Below, in pieces: positions 20,477-29,835 of a stretch of DNA of 64,000 bases. Numbering within the stretch: position 1 is the stretch's first letter; every line of letters begins with the position of its first letter. Made by a program: the position numbers and the translations under genes. Source of the DNA: an uncultured Gemmatimonadales bacterium (lineage in GTDB: Bacteria > Gemmatimonadota > Gemmatimonadetes > Gemmatimonadales > GWC2-71-9); contig CAWHFW010000005.1 in NCBI GenBank assembly GCA_963828735.1, forward strand, positions 1,920,001-1,984,000, read 5' to 3'. The notes under the pieces were generated by a model, which was given only the letters and a program-made list of their open reading frames with translations, had not been told where the DNA came from and ran no database searches.

Positions 20477-21625
20477 ATGAAGATGCTGGTCCTCGGTGCC
20501 GGGCTGCAGGGCTGCGCCTGTGCCTATGATCTCCTGCAGAATCCGGCGGTCAGCCAGGTGACCCTGGCCGATCTCCGGCCGGACAACCTTCCGCCGTTCC
20601 TCGCCCGCCAGGGCGACTGGGGCGGACGCCTCAAGACCGTCCGGCTCGATGTGACCGATCCGGTCGCCGTCCAGGAGACGCTCCGCGGCCACACCTCCGT
20701 CATGAGCGCCATTCCCTACTACTACAACGCGCCCATGGCACGGGCCGCCGTCGAGGCGGGGTGCCATTTCTCGGACCTCGGCGGCAATACCGAGATCGTG
20801 TTCGAGCAGAAGAAGCTCGACGGCCAGGCCGTGGCCCGGAACGTCTCGGTGATCCCGGACTGCGGGCTCGCGCCGGGCATGGTCAACATCCTGGCCGCGG
20901 AAGGCATCCGCCGTCTCGAGCACGCCGACAAGGTCAAGGTGTACGTGGGCGGCCTCCCGCAGCAGCCCGAGCCGCCGCTCAACTACCAGATCGTCTATTC
21001 GCTCGAAGGCGCGCTCGACTACTACACCACGCCGTCGTGGGTGCTGCGCGGCGGCCGGCCGGTGCAGGTCGATGCGCTGAGCGAGCTCGAGGCGGTGGAC
21101 TTTCCCCAGCCGGTGGGAACGCTCGAGGCGTTCCACACCGGCGGCGGCATCAGCACCCTTCCCTTCGCGTACGAGGGCAAGGTGGACGTGATGGAATACA
21201 AGACGCTCCGCTACCCGGGGCACGTCGCCATCATGCGGCCGATCCGCGAGCTGGGGCTGCTCGACAACACGCCGGTCGAGGTGAAGGGCAAGAGCGTGGT
21301 GCCGCGCGATCTCTTCATCGCCGCGGTGCATCCCAAGCTGCATAAGCCGACCGGCAAGGACCTGGTCGCGCTCCAGGTGATCGTGTCCGGCACGAAGGGC
21401 GGCAAGCCCTCGCAGGTGGCGTTCCGCCTCATCGACCGCTACGACGCCGACCACGGGATCAGCGCAATGATGCGGACCACGGGCTATTCGCTCTCGATCA
21501 CGGGCCAGATGCAGGCCGACGGCCGGGTCGCGCTCAAGGGAGTGCACACTCCCGACGAGGCGATCCCGTTCGCCTCCTACGTGGAGGAGCTGGGTCGTCG
21601 TGGCATCCGGATCGAGGAACTCTAG
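20477..21625 (+). CDS. Saccharopine dehydrogenase / lysine 6-dehydrogenase family protein
   Basis: GAGLQG, DLGGN, DCGLAPG, VGGLPQ, YKTLRYPGH, MMRTTGY. Confidence 0.85.
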   Translation: MKMLVLGAGLQGCACAYDLLQNPAVSQVTLADLRPDNLPPFLARQGDWGGRLKTVRLDVTDPVAVQETLRGHTSVMSAIPYYYNAPMARAAVEAGCHFSDLGGNTEIVFEQKKLDGQAVARNVSVIPDCGLAPGMVNILAAEGIRRLEHADKVKVYVGGLPQQPEPPLNYQIVYSLEGALDYYTTPSWVLRGGRPVQVDALSELEAVDFPQPVGTLEAFHTGGGISTLPFAYEGKVDVMEYKTLRYPGHVAIMRPIRELGLLDNTPVEVKGKSVVPRDLFIAAVHPKLHKPTGKDLVALQVIVSGTKGGKPSQVAFRLIDRYDADHGISAMMRTTGYSLSITGQMQADGRVALKGVHTPDEAIPFASYVEELGRRGIRIEEL

Positions 21626-21643
21626 CGCCGCGGGTGATGTTAC
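21616..21643 (+). promoter_or_regulatory. Candidate SigR/SigH-type ECF promoter of the thioredoxin-family gene
   Basis: GGAAC at 21616-21620, N18 spacer, GTTAC at 21639-21643; about 20 nt before ATG 21665. Confidence 0.5.
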
Positions 21644-21664
21644 TCCCCCGGCACCAATCGCGGG

Positions 21665-22219
21665 ATGAGCATGCTGGACTTCAAGAGTTTGTGGGACCGG
21701 GCGCTGACCTACGAGGCGTTCCTGGCGGCGAGCACGAAGCACAAGGGGTTGTGGGAGGGGATCTACGGGATCGCCCGGCTGCCGGCGTGGGCCACGAGCG
21801 CGCTCCCGCCCGGGGTACACCGCAAACTGCTCGTCCTCGCGGAGGATTGGTGTGGTGACGCGTCGAGCACGATCCCGGTCGTGGCCAAGCTGGCGGACCA
21901 GGTGCCGGGGCTCGAGCTCCGGGTGCTGTGCCGGGACGCGAACCCCGAGGTGATGGACCGGTACCTGACCAGCGGGTCGCGATCGATCCCGATCGTGATC
22001 GCGCTGGACGAGGAGTTCCGGGAGCTCGGGCACTGGGGTCCGCGTCCACGCGAGCTGCAGGCGTGGGTGATGGAAAAGCGGGCCACCGTTCCCAAGGCAG
22101 AGCTCTACCCGCAGGTCCGGCAGTGGTACGCGAGGGACCACGGCGAGACGACCCTGCGCGAGGTGCTGGCGGCGGCGGGCATCGAACCGGCGCTGACGGA
22201 GAGCGCCGGCGGAGGTTGA
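21665..22219 (+). CDS. Thioredoxin-family protein (WCGD type)
   Basis: LAEDWCGDA, RSIPIVI, HWGPRP. Confidence 0.85.
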   Translation: MSMLDFKSLWDRALTYEAFLAASTKHKGLWEGIYGIARLPAWATSALPPGVHRKLLVLAEDWCGDASSTIPVVAKLADQVPGLELRVLCRDANPEVMDRYLTSGSRSIPIVIALDEEFRELGHWGPRPRELQAWVMEKRATVPKAELYPQVRQWYARDHGETTLREVLAAAGIEPALTESAGGG

Positions 22220-22242
22220 CGCCGCCGACTCGGCGTCCGAAA

Positions 22243-22272
22243 AAAGGGGCGTGCCTGTCGGCACGCCCCTTT
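22243..22272. terminator. Bidirectional intrinsic terminator
   Basis: AAAGGGGCGTGCC-tgtc-GGCACGCCCCTTT between convergent genes. Confidence 0.85.
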
Positions 22273-22317
22273 CTCTTCTCGTTTTCCGTCCTCGCCGTTG
22301 CCGCCGCGTCGGCGGGC

Positions 22318-23532
22318 TCAGAACATCCAGCCGCTCCCGACCGACACGTTGGCGCCATCCGGCCCGCGCGCGTAGTTGAACACGAAGATACTGCCGCGGA
22401 AGACCCGCACAGCGACCCCGAGCCCACCGCCCACCTTCATATCCTCGGTAGTCAGCCTGAAATCCTCGCCTTCGAACACGCGGCCGACATCCAGGAAGGC
22501 GACGAGCGAGAGCGCGCCCAGGTCCCCGAAGGGCAGCACATCGTGCCGGACCTCGAGGTTGCCGAACAGGGTGCCGCTTCCGGTGAGCCGGCCATAGTCG
22601 AGTCCACGGTGGGAGTTCTGTCCGCCGAGCACGGGGACCTCGCGCTCCCAGCCGGGCACAATGAACTTGGCGTCCAGCGGCGGCGCGCCGCCCATGCCAG
22701 AGCCCGCGATCCGCGCCCCCACCACGGTGCCCTCGCGGATCGAGAGATACCCTCGCAGGATCGCGTACTGGCGGGTGTAGCCGTCGCCCCAGCTCCCCGC
22801 CTGGGTGCCGGCCTCGAGCAGGACGCCCTTGTGCGTGTTGAACTCGTTGTCACGGGTGTCGTAGACCAGGGCGAGACGTCCCGAGAAGTCATCCTGCGTG
22901 ACCTCGCCCGAGGGAAAATCCTCCACGAATTTCGAGGGCCCCGGAAGCGACGTGAAGTGCGCGTGGGTGAAGTTGACCAGGAAGGCGAGCTGCAGCGGAC
23001 CGTGAAGCCGGCGCGTCACCTCCACGGCGCCGCGATAGCGCTGACGGCGCATGCGGTAGAGATAGGGGTTGTCCTCGCCCACCGCGTCGGGGTCGAACTC
23101 GGTATCGTTACCCAGCCCGAAGTAGCCGAGGCGCGCCTGGCGCTCCGCAACCGCCAGCGCGCCCAGGCGCCAGCCATCCCACAGCTCGGGCGCCCTGAAC
23201 GAAGCCGCGATGAAGCGACTGCCGTGCGGCGCGATGCCCGCGTCCAGGTTGAAGGCGCCCGTGTAGGTGTTCCGGGCCTCATACTCCGCAGGCTGCCAGT
23301 GCCGGACTCGGAACGAGAGGACCGGGCTGTCGTTCGCGCCGCCGGTGAGGTACGGGAAATAGCTCGTGCGCCAATGCGAGCCCGTGGTCTCCGGCTGGCC
23401 CGCGCCTTTCGCCGGAGGCGGCGCGGCCTGGCCGGAATCCGGAGGCGGTGGGGCCTGACCGGAATCCGGCACCTGCGCACGAGCCGCGGGTACCGCGCCG
23501 AGGACGAGCAGGAGGACTGACAGTCGGCGCAT
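22318..23532 (-). CDS. Omp85/BamA-TamA-family beta-barrel protein with no evident POTRA domains
   Basis: Signal peptide; YDTRDNEFNTHKG, LGGQNSHRG, FLDVGRVF, GLGVAVR; terminal WMF. Confidence 0.8.
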   Translation of the reverse strand: MRRLSVLLLVLGAVPAARAQVPDSGQAPPPPDSGQAAPPPAKGAGQPETTGSHWRTSYFPYLTGGANDSPVLSFRVRHWQPAEYEARNTYTGAFNLDAGIAPHGSRFIAASFRAPELWDGWRLGALAVAERQARLGYFGLGNDTEFDPDAVGEDNPYLYRMRRQRYRGAVEVTRRLHGPLQLAFLVNFTHAHFTSLPGPSKFVEDFPSGEVTQDDFSGRLALVYDTRDNEFNTHKGVLLEAGTQAGSWGDGYTRQYAILRGYLSIREGTVVGARIAGSGMGGAPPLDAKFIVPGWEREVPVLGGQNSHRGLDYGRLTGSGTLFGNLEVRHDVLPFGDLGALSLVAFLDVGRVFEGEDFRLTTEDMKVGGGLGVAVRVFRGSIFVFNYARGPDGANVSVGSGWMF

Positions 23533-23724
23533 CAGCTGAACCTCTTGCATTCGCGGGGGGTGGTGATCCGGTCCGATATCTCGGGCGTCTGCGGGGCGCG
23601 GGATCAGGGTGCCAAGGCTGCCGGGATTTATGGACCCACACGCCGGAAGTCAACCGGACGCGGGCACGGTACAGTACGCCGCGTGGTGGGCGGCGAATGC
23701 CCGCCGTCACGATGGGGAGCAGGC

Positions 23725-24383
23725 ATGACCCGACTGCTGTTCTGGGACGTCGACACGCTGACCGACTTCATGCGTGCCCAAGGCAAGCTCTACCTCCCGG
23801 GCAGCGAGGAGATCAACCCCACGCTCGAGGCGCTCACGGCGTTCGCGCACGCCCGCCGAATCCCGATCGTCGCATCGGCGGACGACCACACGGCAAGCGA
23901 CGCGGAGATCAGCGACGCTCCCGACTAGAACACGACGTTTCCGCCGCACTGCATGCACGGCACACCGGGCCAGCTCAAGATCGCCGAGACGGCGCTGGGC
24001 GTTCCTTTCGTCATCGAGCCCGAACCGCAGGACCCGGCGGCGCTCGCCCACCGCATCCTGGCCCACCGGGGCGATTTCCTGCTGACCAAGCACACCCTCG
24101 ACATCTTCTCGAACGCGAACGTGCGGACGCTGCTGCGCGCGCTCGAGCCCGAGGCGATCGTGATCTACGGCGCGGCCACGGATTTCTGCGACAAGTATAC
24201 CGTCGAAGGGTTGCTGCGGGACTGGCCGCGCGCCGAGCTGTTCCTCGTCACCGACGCGGTCCGCGCGATCGACGCCGAGTCTGCGAGCGATTGGTGGCGA
24301 GTTGGAACGACCGTGGCGTGCACCTGACGACGGCGGCGGAGGTGCTGGCGGGACGCGGCCTCGAGCCGTACCTGCCGGTGTGA
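23725..24383 (+). pseudogene. Isochorismatase/nicotinamidase (PncA-like), disrupted
   Basis: WDVDTLTDF, SADDH, FPPHC, TDFC; in-frame TAG at 23926-23928 and a -1 frameshift at about 24280. Confidence 0.8.
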
Positions 24384-24689
24384 TCCACGGCACAGCGTCC
24401 CCTTTCGGGCTCCCTATCTTGCGACCCTAGTGGGAGTATGACCGAATGGCTATTTGCGAGACGTCCGAGACAGCCCTGAGTCCCCTGCTCTGCGGCCGGG
24501 CGCGCTGTTCGATCCGCTGCTCTCGCTGTTTTCTCCCCACATATTGCCCTTCATAATTCATCTCGCGGGAACGGGCCTCGTGCCCGTTCCACCCACCTTT
24601 TCTCCCTGCCGGATCGTGTGACCGAGGCCACGGCTTCGCCTCGTCGTTACGGGTGATCTTCGTCCCGCAACTCAACGGGGAGCGGAATC

Positions 24690-25049
24690 ATGCCGCGGGG
24701 TGACAAGTCGTCCTACACCGCCAAACAGCGGCGTCAGGCTCGGCACATCGAAGAGGGCTACGAGCGTCGGGGCGTGTCCCGGAAGGAAGCGGCGCGTCGT
24801 GCCTGGGCGACCGAGAACGCGATGTCGGGCGGCGGCAAGAAGTCCGGCGCCGGGCGCGGGCGCAAGACCAACAACGGACCCGCCAAGAAGGGCGGCAAGA
24901 CCGGCGGTCGCGCCTCGGCGTCGCGGCCGAAAGCGGCACGCTCGGCGTCTGCTCGGAAGGCCGCGGCGACGCGGAAGCGGCGGGCCGGCGGCTCGACCCG
25001 GAAGCGCTCGAGCACGAGCCGGGCGAGGAAGACCACGCGCAAGCGCTAG
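24690..25049 (+). CDS. Small basic stress protein of the MPRGDKSSYT type
   Basis: MPRGDKSSYTAKQRRQARHIEEGYE...RRAWATEN N-terminus; Lys/Arg-rich tail. Confidence 0.8.
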   Translation: MPRGDKSSYTAKQRRQARHIEEGYERRGVSRKEAARRAWATENAMSGGGKKSGAGRGRKTNNGPAKKGGKTGGRASASRPKAARSASARKAAATRKRRAGGSTRKRSSTSRARKTTRKR

Positions 25050-25069
25050 GGCGCAAGCGCTAGGGCGCA
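25037..25069 (+). repeat. 14-bp tandem duplication spanning a stop codon
   Basis: GCGCAAGCGCTAGG twice plus a partial third copy. Confidence 0.85.
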
Positions 25070-25090
25070 TAGCACAATCTCAGGTCATTC

Positions 25091-25131
25091 AGAGCGGAGG
25101 GAGCCAACGCGAGGCGACCCTCCGCTCTTTT
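25091..25131 (+). terminator. Intrinsic terminator
   Basis: AGAGCGGAGGG...CCCTCCGCTCT followed by TTT. Confidence 0.7.
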
Positions 25132-25310
25132 GTGGCTCGAAGTCCTTGGCGACGAGGGACATGCGCCGTCAGCCGTGACTCATCACACACCTTCCACCAC
25201 CCCGGGTTCACAGCGGCCGAAGCCGTTCTGGACCCATAGTATGCGCGCCGGGACGACCCCGGCCCGCGCGCTGGCTCGGCGCGGCGGTTCCGTCTTCAAC
25301 CGGAGTGCGT

Positions 25311-25928
25311 ATGTCGATTCTGAAACTCACGAAGGTTCCGGCGATCCTCGCGGCCGCCGCGTTGTCTGCTGCCGTTCCGGCGCGGGCCATGGCTCAGGGC
25401 GTGGACCTCGTGCCCTGGGCGGGCGCCTATATCCCGACGCGGAATTCCGTCTCCGACCTCGACAACGCCTTGAGCCGCGACGTCAGCGTCATCGGCGGCG
25501 CGAGGCTCACGTTCTGGGGCACGGGCAACCTGGGCTTCGAGGCCGTAGGCGGGTACGCCCCGGCCAAGGTCGCGGGCGAGACGATCAACGAGACCAAGAC
25601 CAACCTGCTCGTCGCCGCCGCTCGGCTCATGCTCGCGCTCAGCCCGACGACGAACCGGGTGGGCGTCTACATCGCCGGCGGTCCGGCGCTCCTCACGCGT
25701 GGCCATGATCCATTCGACGACGACAAGAGCAGCACCGATTTCGGCGCCAACGTGGGCCTCGGCTTCCGCTTCGGGTTGGGCCAGAGCAACAATGCCGCGA
25801 TCCGTCTCGACCTCGAGGACTACCTCTACAACGGCGACTTCGGCGGTGGCGACAAGTTTCAGAACGACATCGTTGCCTCGCTCGGCTTCGCGATCCCCAT
25901 CGGCGGGCATCCGGGCGAGAAGCAATAG
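25311..25928 (+). CDS. Outer-membrane beta-barrel protein (8-stranded type)
   Basis: Signal peptide AMA-Q; alternating amphipathic strands (FGANVGLGFRF, IRLDLEDY). Confidence 0.75.
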   Translation: MSILKLTKVPAILAAAALSAAVPARAMAQGVDLVPWAGAYIPTRNSVSDLDNALSRDVSVIGGARLTFWGTGNLGFEAVGGYAPAKVAGETINETKTNLLVAAARLMLALSPTTNRVGVYIAGGPALLTRGHDPFDDDKSSTDFGANVGLGFRFGLGQSNNAAIRLDLEDYLYNGDFGGGDKFQNDIVASLGFAIPIGGHPGEKQ

Positions 25929-25956
25929 CAGCGTTGTCCGGTTGGCGAACGCGCGG

Positions 25957-25985
25957 AGGGGCATGCCCAGCGGCATGCCCCTTTC
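25957..25985 (+). terminator. Intrinsic terminator
   Basis: AGGGGCATGCC-cagc-GGCATGCCCCT-TT. Confidence 0.7.
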
Positions 25986-26185
25986 GCTTGCCGGTAGCGG
26001 CCCCGCACGGTCGCCAATGCCCGCAATTGGGTGTCGCAGAGTGTTGCCGATGACTGCAGCTCATTAGGGTCAGAAATGCCAATCAAAAGGTGAGTTTGCG
26101 ATCTTTTTGGAAGAATGTTGCAATTCATGCAGAAATAGGCTTACACTACTGCACAGCGAGTACCTTACCCTGTTTCCGAGCCCCC

Positions 26186-27850
26186 ATGTCGCCCGCGCCT
26201 CGCAAAATCGTCTTTCACATGCCCTCGCTCGTCGGCGAGGACCCTGCCGTGGGACCCGCGGACTCGCCGTCGCGCCTCGACCCGGCGCGGGACCAACCCG
26301 CCCCGGCTCCCGACCTGGCGTTGGACGCCGGCGAGGTCCGAAAGCTCGCCACCCTGCTCGAGGTGAGCCAGGCGCTCGCGGGGAGCCTCAACCTGCAGGC
26401 CGGTCTCTATGGCGTGCTCGAGGTCCTCGAGCGGCGGTGCGGCGCCGGGCGCGGAGCGGTGACGCTGCTGGAGGACGCGAGCGGCCTGCTCGTGGTCGAG
26501 GCCGCGCTCGGGTACCCGCGCACGTCCGGCCGGGTCCGGTATCGCGTGGGTGAGGGAATCACGGGCCGGGTGGCCCAGCGGGGCCAGCCCGAGGTGGTGC
26601 CGCACGTGAGCGAGGAGCCCGGATTCCTGCACCGCGCCGTGCCCCGCGACGCTCGCGGCCCGGAGGAGGCGAGCTTCCTCTGCGTGCCGATCCTGATGGA
26701 CGGCCTGAGCGCCGGCACGCTCGCCGTCGAGATGCCGGTGATGCCCGAGCGGGACGCGGAGCGGATGGTCAAGGTCCTTCGCATCACGGCGGCCATGATC
26801 TCGCAGGCGGTTCGCATTCATGGCCTGGTGGAAGGTGAGCGCCAGCGGCTGGTGGAGGAGAACACCCAGCTGCGCGAAGAGCTCCGGGAGCGCTACGAAT
26901 TCACCAACATCGTGGGCAACAGCGGGCCCATGCGCCGCGTCTACGAACAGGTCCACCAGGTCGTGGGCACGACGGCGACGGTGATGATCCGCGGCGAGAG
27001 CGGGACGGGCAAGGAGCTCATTGCCCACGCGCTGCACCACCACTCGCCGCGGGCGGGCAAGCCGTTCATCCGCGTCAACTGCGCGGCGCTGCCCGAGACC
27101 CTGGTCGAGGCCGAGCTGTTCGGGCACGAACGTGGGGCGTTCACGGGCGCGCAGGCGCGGCGGAAGGGGAAATTCGAGCAGGCCGACGGCGGCACACTCT
27201 TCCTCGACGAGATCGGCGAGCTGAGCCCGTCGACGCAGGCCAAGCTGCTGCGGGCGCTCCAGGGGCGCGAGTTCGAGCGGCTGGGCGGGAACGAGACGCT
27301 CCGGGTAGACGTCCGCCTCATCACCGCCACGAACAAGGACCTCGAGAAGGCGCTGGCCGACGGGACGTTCCGGGAGGATCTCTACTATCGGCTCAACGTC
27401 TTCACCATCTACGTGCCGCCGCTTCGCGAGCGGAAGTCGGACGCGCTGCTCCTGGCCGACCACTTCGTCGAGAAGTACGCGCGGCTGCACGGGCGGTCGA
27501 TCAAGCGCATCTCCACCCCGGCGATCGACATGCTCATGGCCTATCACTGGCCGGGCAACGTGCGCGAGCTCGAGAACACGATCGAGCGCGCCGTGCTCGT
27601 CGCCGACGGCGACGTGATCCATGGACACCACCTCTCACCCACGCTGCAGACGGCCGAGGCATCCGGCACCGTGGTGTCGCGGTCCCTGGGCGAAGCGGTG
27701 GGCGTGTTCGAGAGCAACCTGATCCAGGACGCGCTCAAGAGCTCGCGCGGCAACCGCGCGAAGGCGGCACGCCTGCTCGACACGACCGAGCGAATCCTGA
27801 GCTACAAGGTGCGGCGCTACGGGATCGATCCCCGGCGGTTCCGCGCGTGA
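26186..27850 (+). CDS. NifA-like sigma54 enhancer-binding protein (GAF-AAA+-Fis HTH)
   Basis: GEGITGRVA GAF, GESGTGKE, GAFTGA, FLDEIGE, WPGNVRELEN; candidate promoter TTGCAA-N18-TACACT at 26118-26147. Confidence 0.9.
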   Translation: MSPAPRKIVFHMPSLVGEDPAVGPADSPSRLDPARDQPAPAPDLALDAGEVRKLATLLEVSQALAGSLNLQAGLYGVLEVLERRCGAGRGAVTLLEDASGLLVVEAALGYPRTSGRVRYRVGEGITGRVAQRGQPEVVPHVSEEPGFLHRAVPRDARGPEEASFLCVPILMDGLSAGTLAVEMPVMPERDAERMVKVLRITAAMISQAVRIHGLVEGERQRLVEENTQLREELRERYEFTNIVGNSGPMRRVYEQVHQVVGTTATVMIRGESGTGKELIAHALHHHSPRAGKPFIRVNCAALPETLVEAELFGHERGAFTGAQARRKGKFEQADGGTLFLDEIGELSPSTQAKLLRALQGREFERLGGNETLRVDVRLITATNKDLEKALADGTFREDLYYRLNVFTIYVPPLRERKSDALLLADHFVEKYARLHGRSIKRISTPAIDMLMAYHWPGNVRELENTIERAVLVADGDVIHGHHLSPTLQTAEASGTVVSRSLGEAVGVFESNLIQDALKSSRGNRAKAARLLDTTERILSYKVRRYGIDPRRFRA

Positions 27851-28023
27851 CGGCGGGCGCGCGAGGCTCCGACATCGCTGCGCTCCGGCCACTCGAGCGC
27901 CGACGAATTTGTCGCCCGCGCGGGAAACCCACCCCCCAGGACGATCCGACCCTTCCGGTCTAATCCCTTCGCGCGGAACGAATTGAAGCGCGTGCCTCTC
28001 GACCTCGGTCGCTCGGTCGGGCG

Positions 28024-28038
28024 GGGCACGCGACTTGT
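28024..28038 (+). promoter_or_regulatory. Candidate sigma54 promoter with non-canonical -12
   Basis: GGGCACGCGACTTGT (GG-N10-GT); upstream palindrome CGAC-gaattt-GTCG at 27901-27914. Confidence 0.45.
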
Positions 28039-28167
28039 CATGTACTCCTGCACACAGCGTGACCATCACGCGACACCGCACTGACCGGTTCGATGCCGGC
28101 GCGGCGGAAGTTCACCTCGCCGCTTCCGGCATCGGTCGGGGGCGCATCACTCCGACAGGAGCACGAC

Positions 28168-28782
28168 ATGTCTTTCCGATTTTCTCCGCTGGCCGCGGCC
28201 CTCGCGCTCGGCGGCGTCACCACGCCGGTCATGGGCCAGTCGGCCGACGGCCGCGCGCCGACGGCCCTCGCGCTCACCGCGGAGTCGGCGCCCGTGCCCG
28301 GACCCGCGGCATTGAAGCGGGCGTATCACCTGTCCCTGACCAGCACCTGGCTGCAGCAGGTCGTGGCGGCGGGCTGTCGGAACGGCGGGGAGGAGACGTT
28401 GGAGGGCACCCTCGCGCTGGAGACGGATGGCACGTACTCCGGCCGTTTCGCACGGCGCACGCGGCTCTTGTTCTGTGGCGCGCACGGTCCGGCGGCGGCA
28501 GGGTGCTCGCTGACGCTGGAAGGGAAGGGCGCGGTGGCGATGACCGGCGTCGTGCTCGCCGACGAGATGAGCCCGAGCGGTCGCTCGGTGCGGGTGACCT
28601 GGACGCCCGCGCCCGGTCATGACGCAGAGGTGACCGGCGCGTGCGCCGAAGGCTTCAAGCAGGCGGTGCGCGAGATGTATCTCTCGACGCCCCACGCGGC
28701 GGAATTTCCGCTGACGACGGTGGGCTCGGCGCCCCGGACGGAGGAGCTGGACAGCTATGCGTGGAAGGTCAGGCTGGACTGA
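28168..28782 (+). CDS. Secreted hypothetical protein with four Cys
   Basis: AGGAG SD, signal peptide, beta-rich body. Confidence 0.7.
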   Translation: MSFRFSPLAAALALGGVTTPVMGQSADGRAPTALALTAESAPVPGPAALKRAYHLSLTSTWLQQVVAAGCRNGGEETLEGTLALETDGTYSGRFARRTRLLFCGAHGPAAAGCSLTLEGKGAVAMTGVVLADEMSPSGRSVRVTWTPAPGHDAEVTGACAEGFKQAVREMYLSTPHAAEFPLTTVGSAPRTEELDSYAWKVRLD

Positions 28783-28830
28783 TCGGGGACTGCGTCCGCG
28801 AAGCTGGAGGCGGAGTGCGCTCGGGGGCGA

Positions 28831-29835
28831 CTAGCCCTCCCGCCGCACCTCCGCCGCCGTCTTGTCCTCCCGAAGGCCGAGATAGCGGGGATGACGGAGC
28901 AGGCCCGCCGGGGTCCACTCCCCGAATCCGATCTCCACGACGAGCTTCGGCGTCACCCACTGCACCTCGCCGGTCGGGGCCGGCCCTGGCGCGAACGGCG
29001 ACGTCCGTCGATGCAGCGGCGCGAGCTTCCGCTGCAGCATCTCGAGCGTCGCGCGGTCGTACCCCGTGCCGACCTTGCCGGCGTACCGCAACGCCCCGTG
29101 CTCGTAGTACCCCACCAGCAACGCGCCGAGGTTCTCGCGCGAGCCCTTCGGCGCGGTGTAGCCGCCCACGACCAGCTCCTGCTGGTGGACGCATTTGATC
29201 TTGAGCCAGTCGGTGGATCGCGCGCTCACGTAGCGGCTCTCCGACCGCTTCGCGATGATCCCTTCTGCGCCCTTGGCGCACGCGTCGCGGAGCATCGCCG
29301 CCGAGCCGGTGGTCTTGAAGGGGGTGAACCGGATCGGGTCGTCGTACCACACGACGTCCCGGAGCACCGACTTGCGGTCCACCAGCGGCAGGTTCGTGAG
29401 GTCGATCCCCTCGTAGAACATGCAGTCGAACAGGTAGAGCTCGACGGGCACGTCGCTCGCCCGCGCGCGAAGCTCGTCGCGCAGCTGCATCCGGCGCTGG
29501 AGCCGTGAGAAGCTGCTCTGGCCCGTGCGCGGATCCACGGCCACCACTTCGCCGTCGAGCACCGCGTCCCCGCGCACCGCGAAGGACAGCGCGTCCACCA
29601 GCTCGGGATAGGCCCCGTCGAGCGGCTTCCGGTTGCGCGAGAAGAGGCGGACGTTCCCCGCGTTGGCGTAGACCAGCACCCGCACGCCGTCGAGCTTGGG
29701 CTCGTACAGCCACTGCCCCGCGCGCGGCGGCTCCTCGACCAACGTCGCGAGCATCGGCGGGATCCAGCCGGCCTGGGCCCGATAGCGGAGGCGCGTGTTG
29801 GCGCCTTTGGCCAGTGTCTCGAGCCTCCGGCTCAC
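28831..29835 (-). CDS. ligD: NHEJ ATP-dependent DNA ligase (LigD ligase domain)
   Basis: PMLATL, YEPKLDGVR, LDGEVV, EGIIAK, WLKIK, GKVGTG, LRHPRYLGLREDK. Confidence 0.93.
   Translation of the reverse strand: MSRRLETLAKGANTRLRYRAQAGWIPPMLATLVEEPPRAGQWLYEPKLDGVRVLVYANAGNVRLFSRNRKPLDGAYPELVDALSFAVRGDAVLDGEVVAVDPRTGQSSFSRLQRRMQLRDELRARASDVPVELYLFDCMFYEGIDLTNLPLVDRKSVLRDVVWYDDPIRFTPFKTTGSAAMLRDACAKGAEGIIAKRSESRYVSARSTDWLKIKCVHQQELVVGGYTAPKGSRENLGALLVGYYEHGALRYAGKVGTGYDRATLEMLQRKLAPLHRRTSPFAPGPAPTGEVQWVTPKLVVEIGFGEWTPAGLLRHPRYLGLREDKTAAEVRREG

Noticed and set aside
24690..25049. Plasmid or toxin-antitoxin origin implied by the usual 'plasmid stabilization' label of this family
   Set aside because: No toxin partner or plasmid genes; context is chromosomal
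26186..27850. Calling this nifA and inferring nitrogen fixation
   Set aside because: No nif genes in the window; the GAF-AAA-HTH architecture is shared by many sigma54 activators
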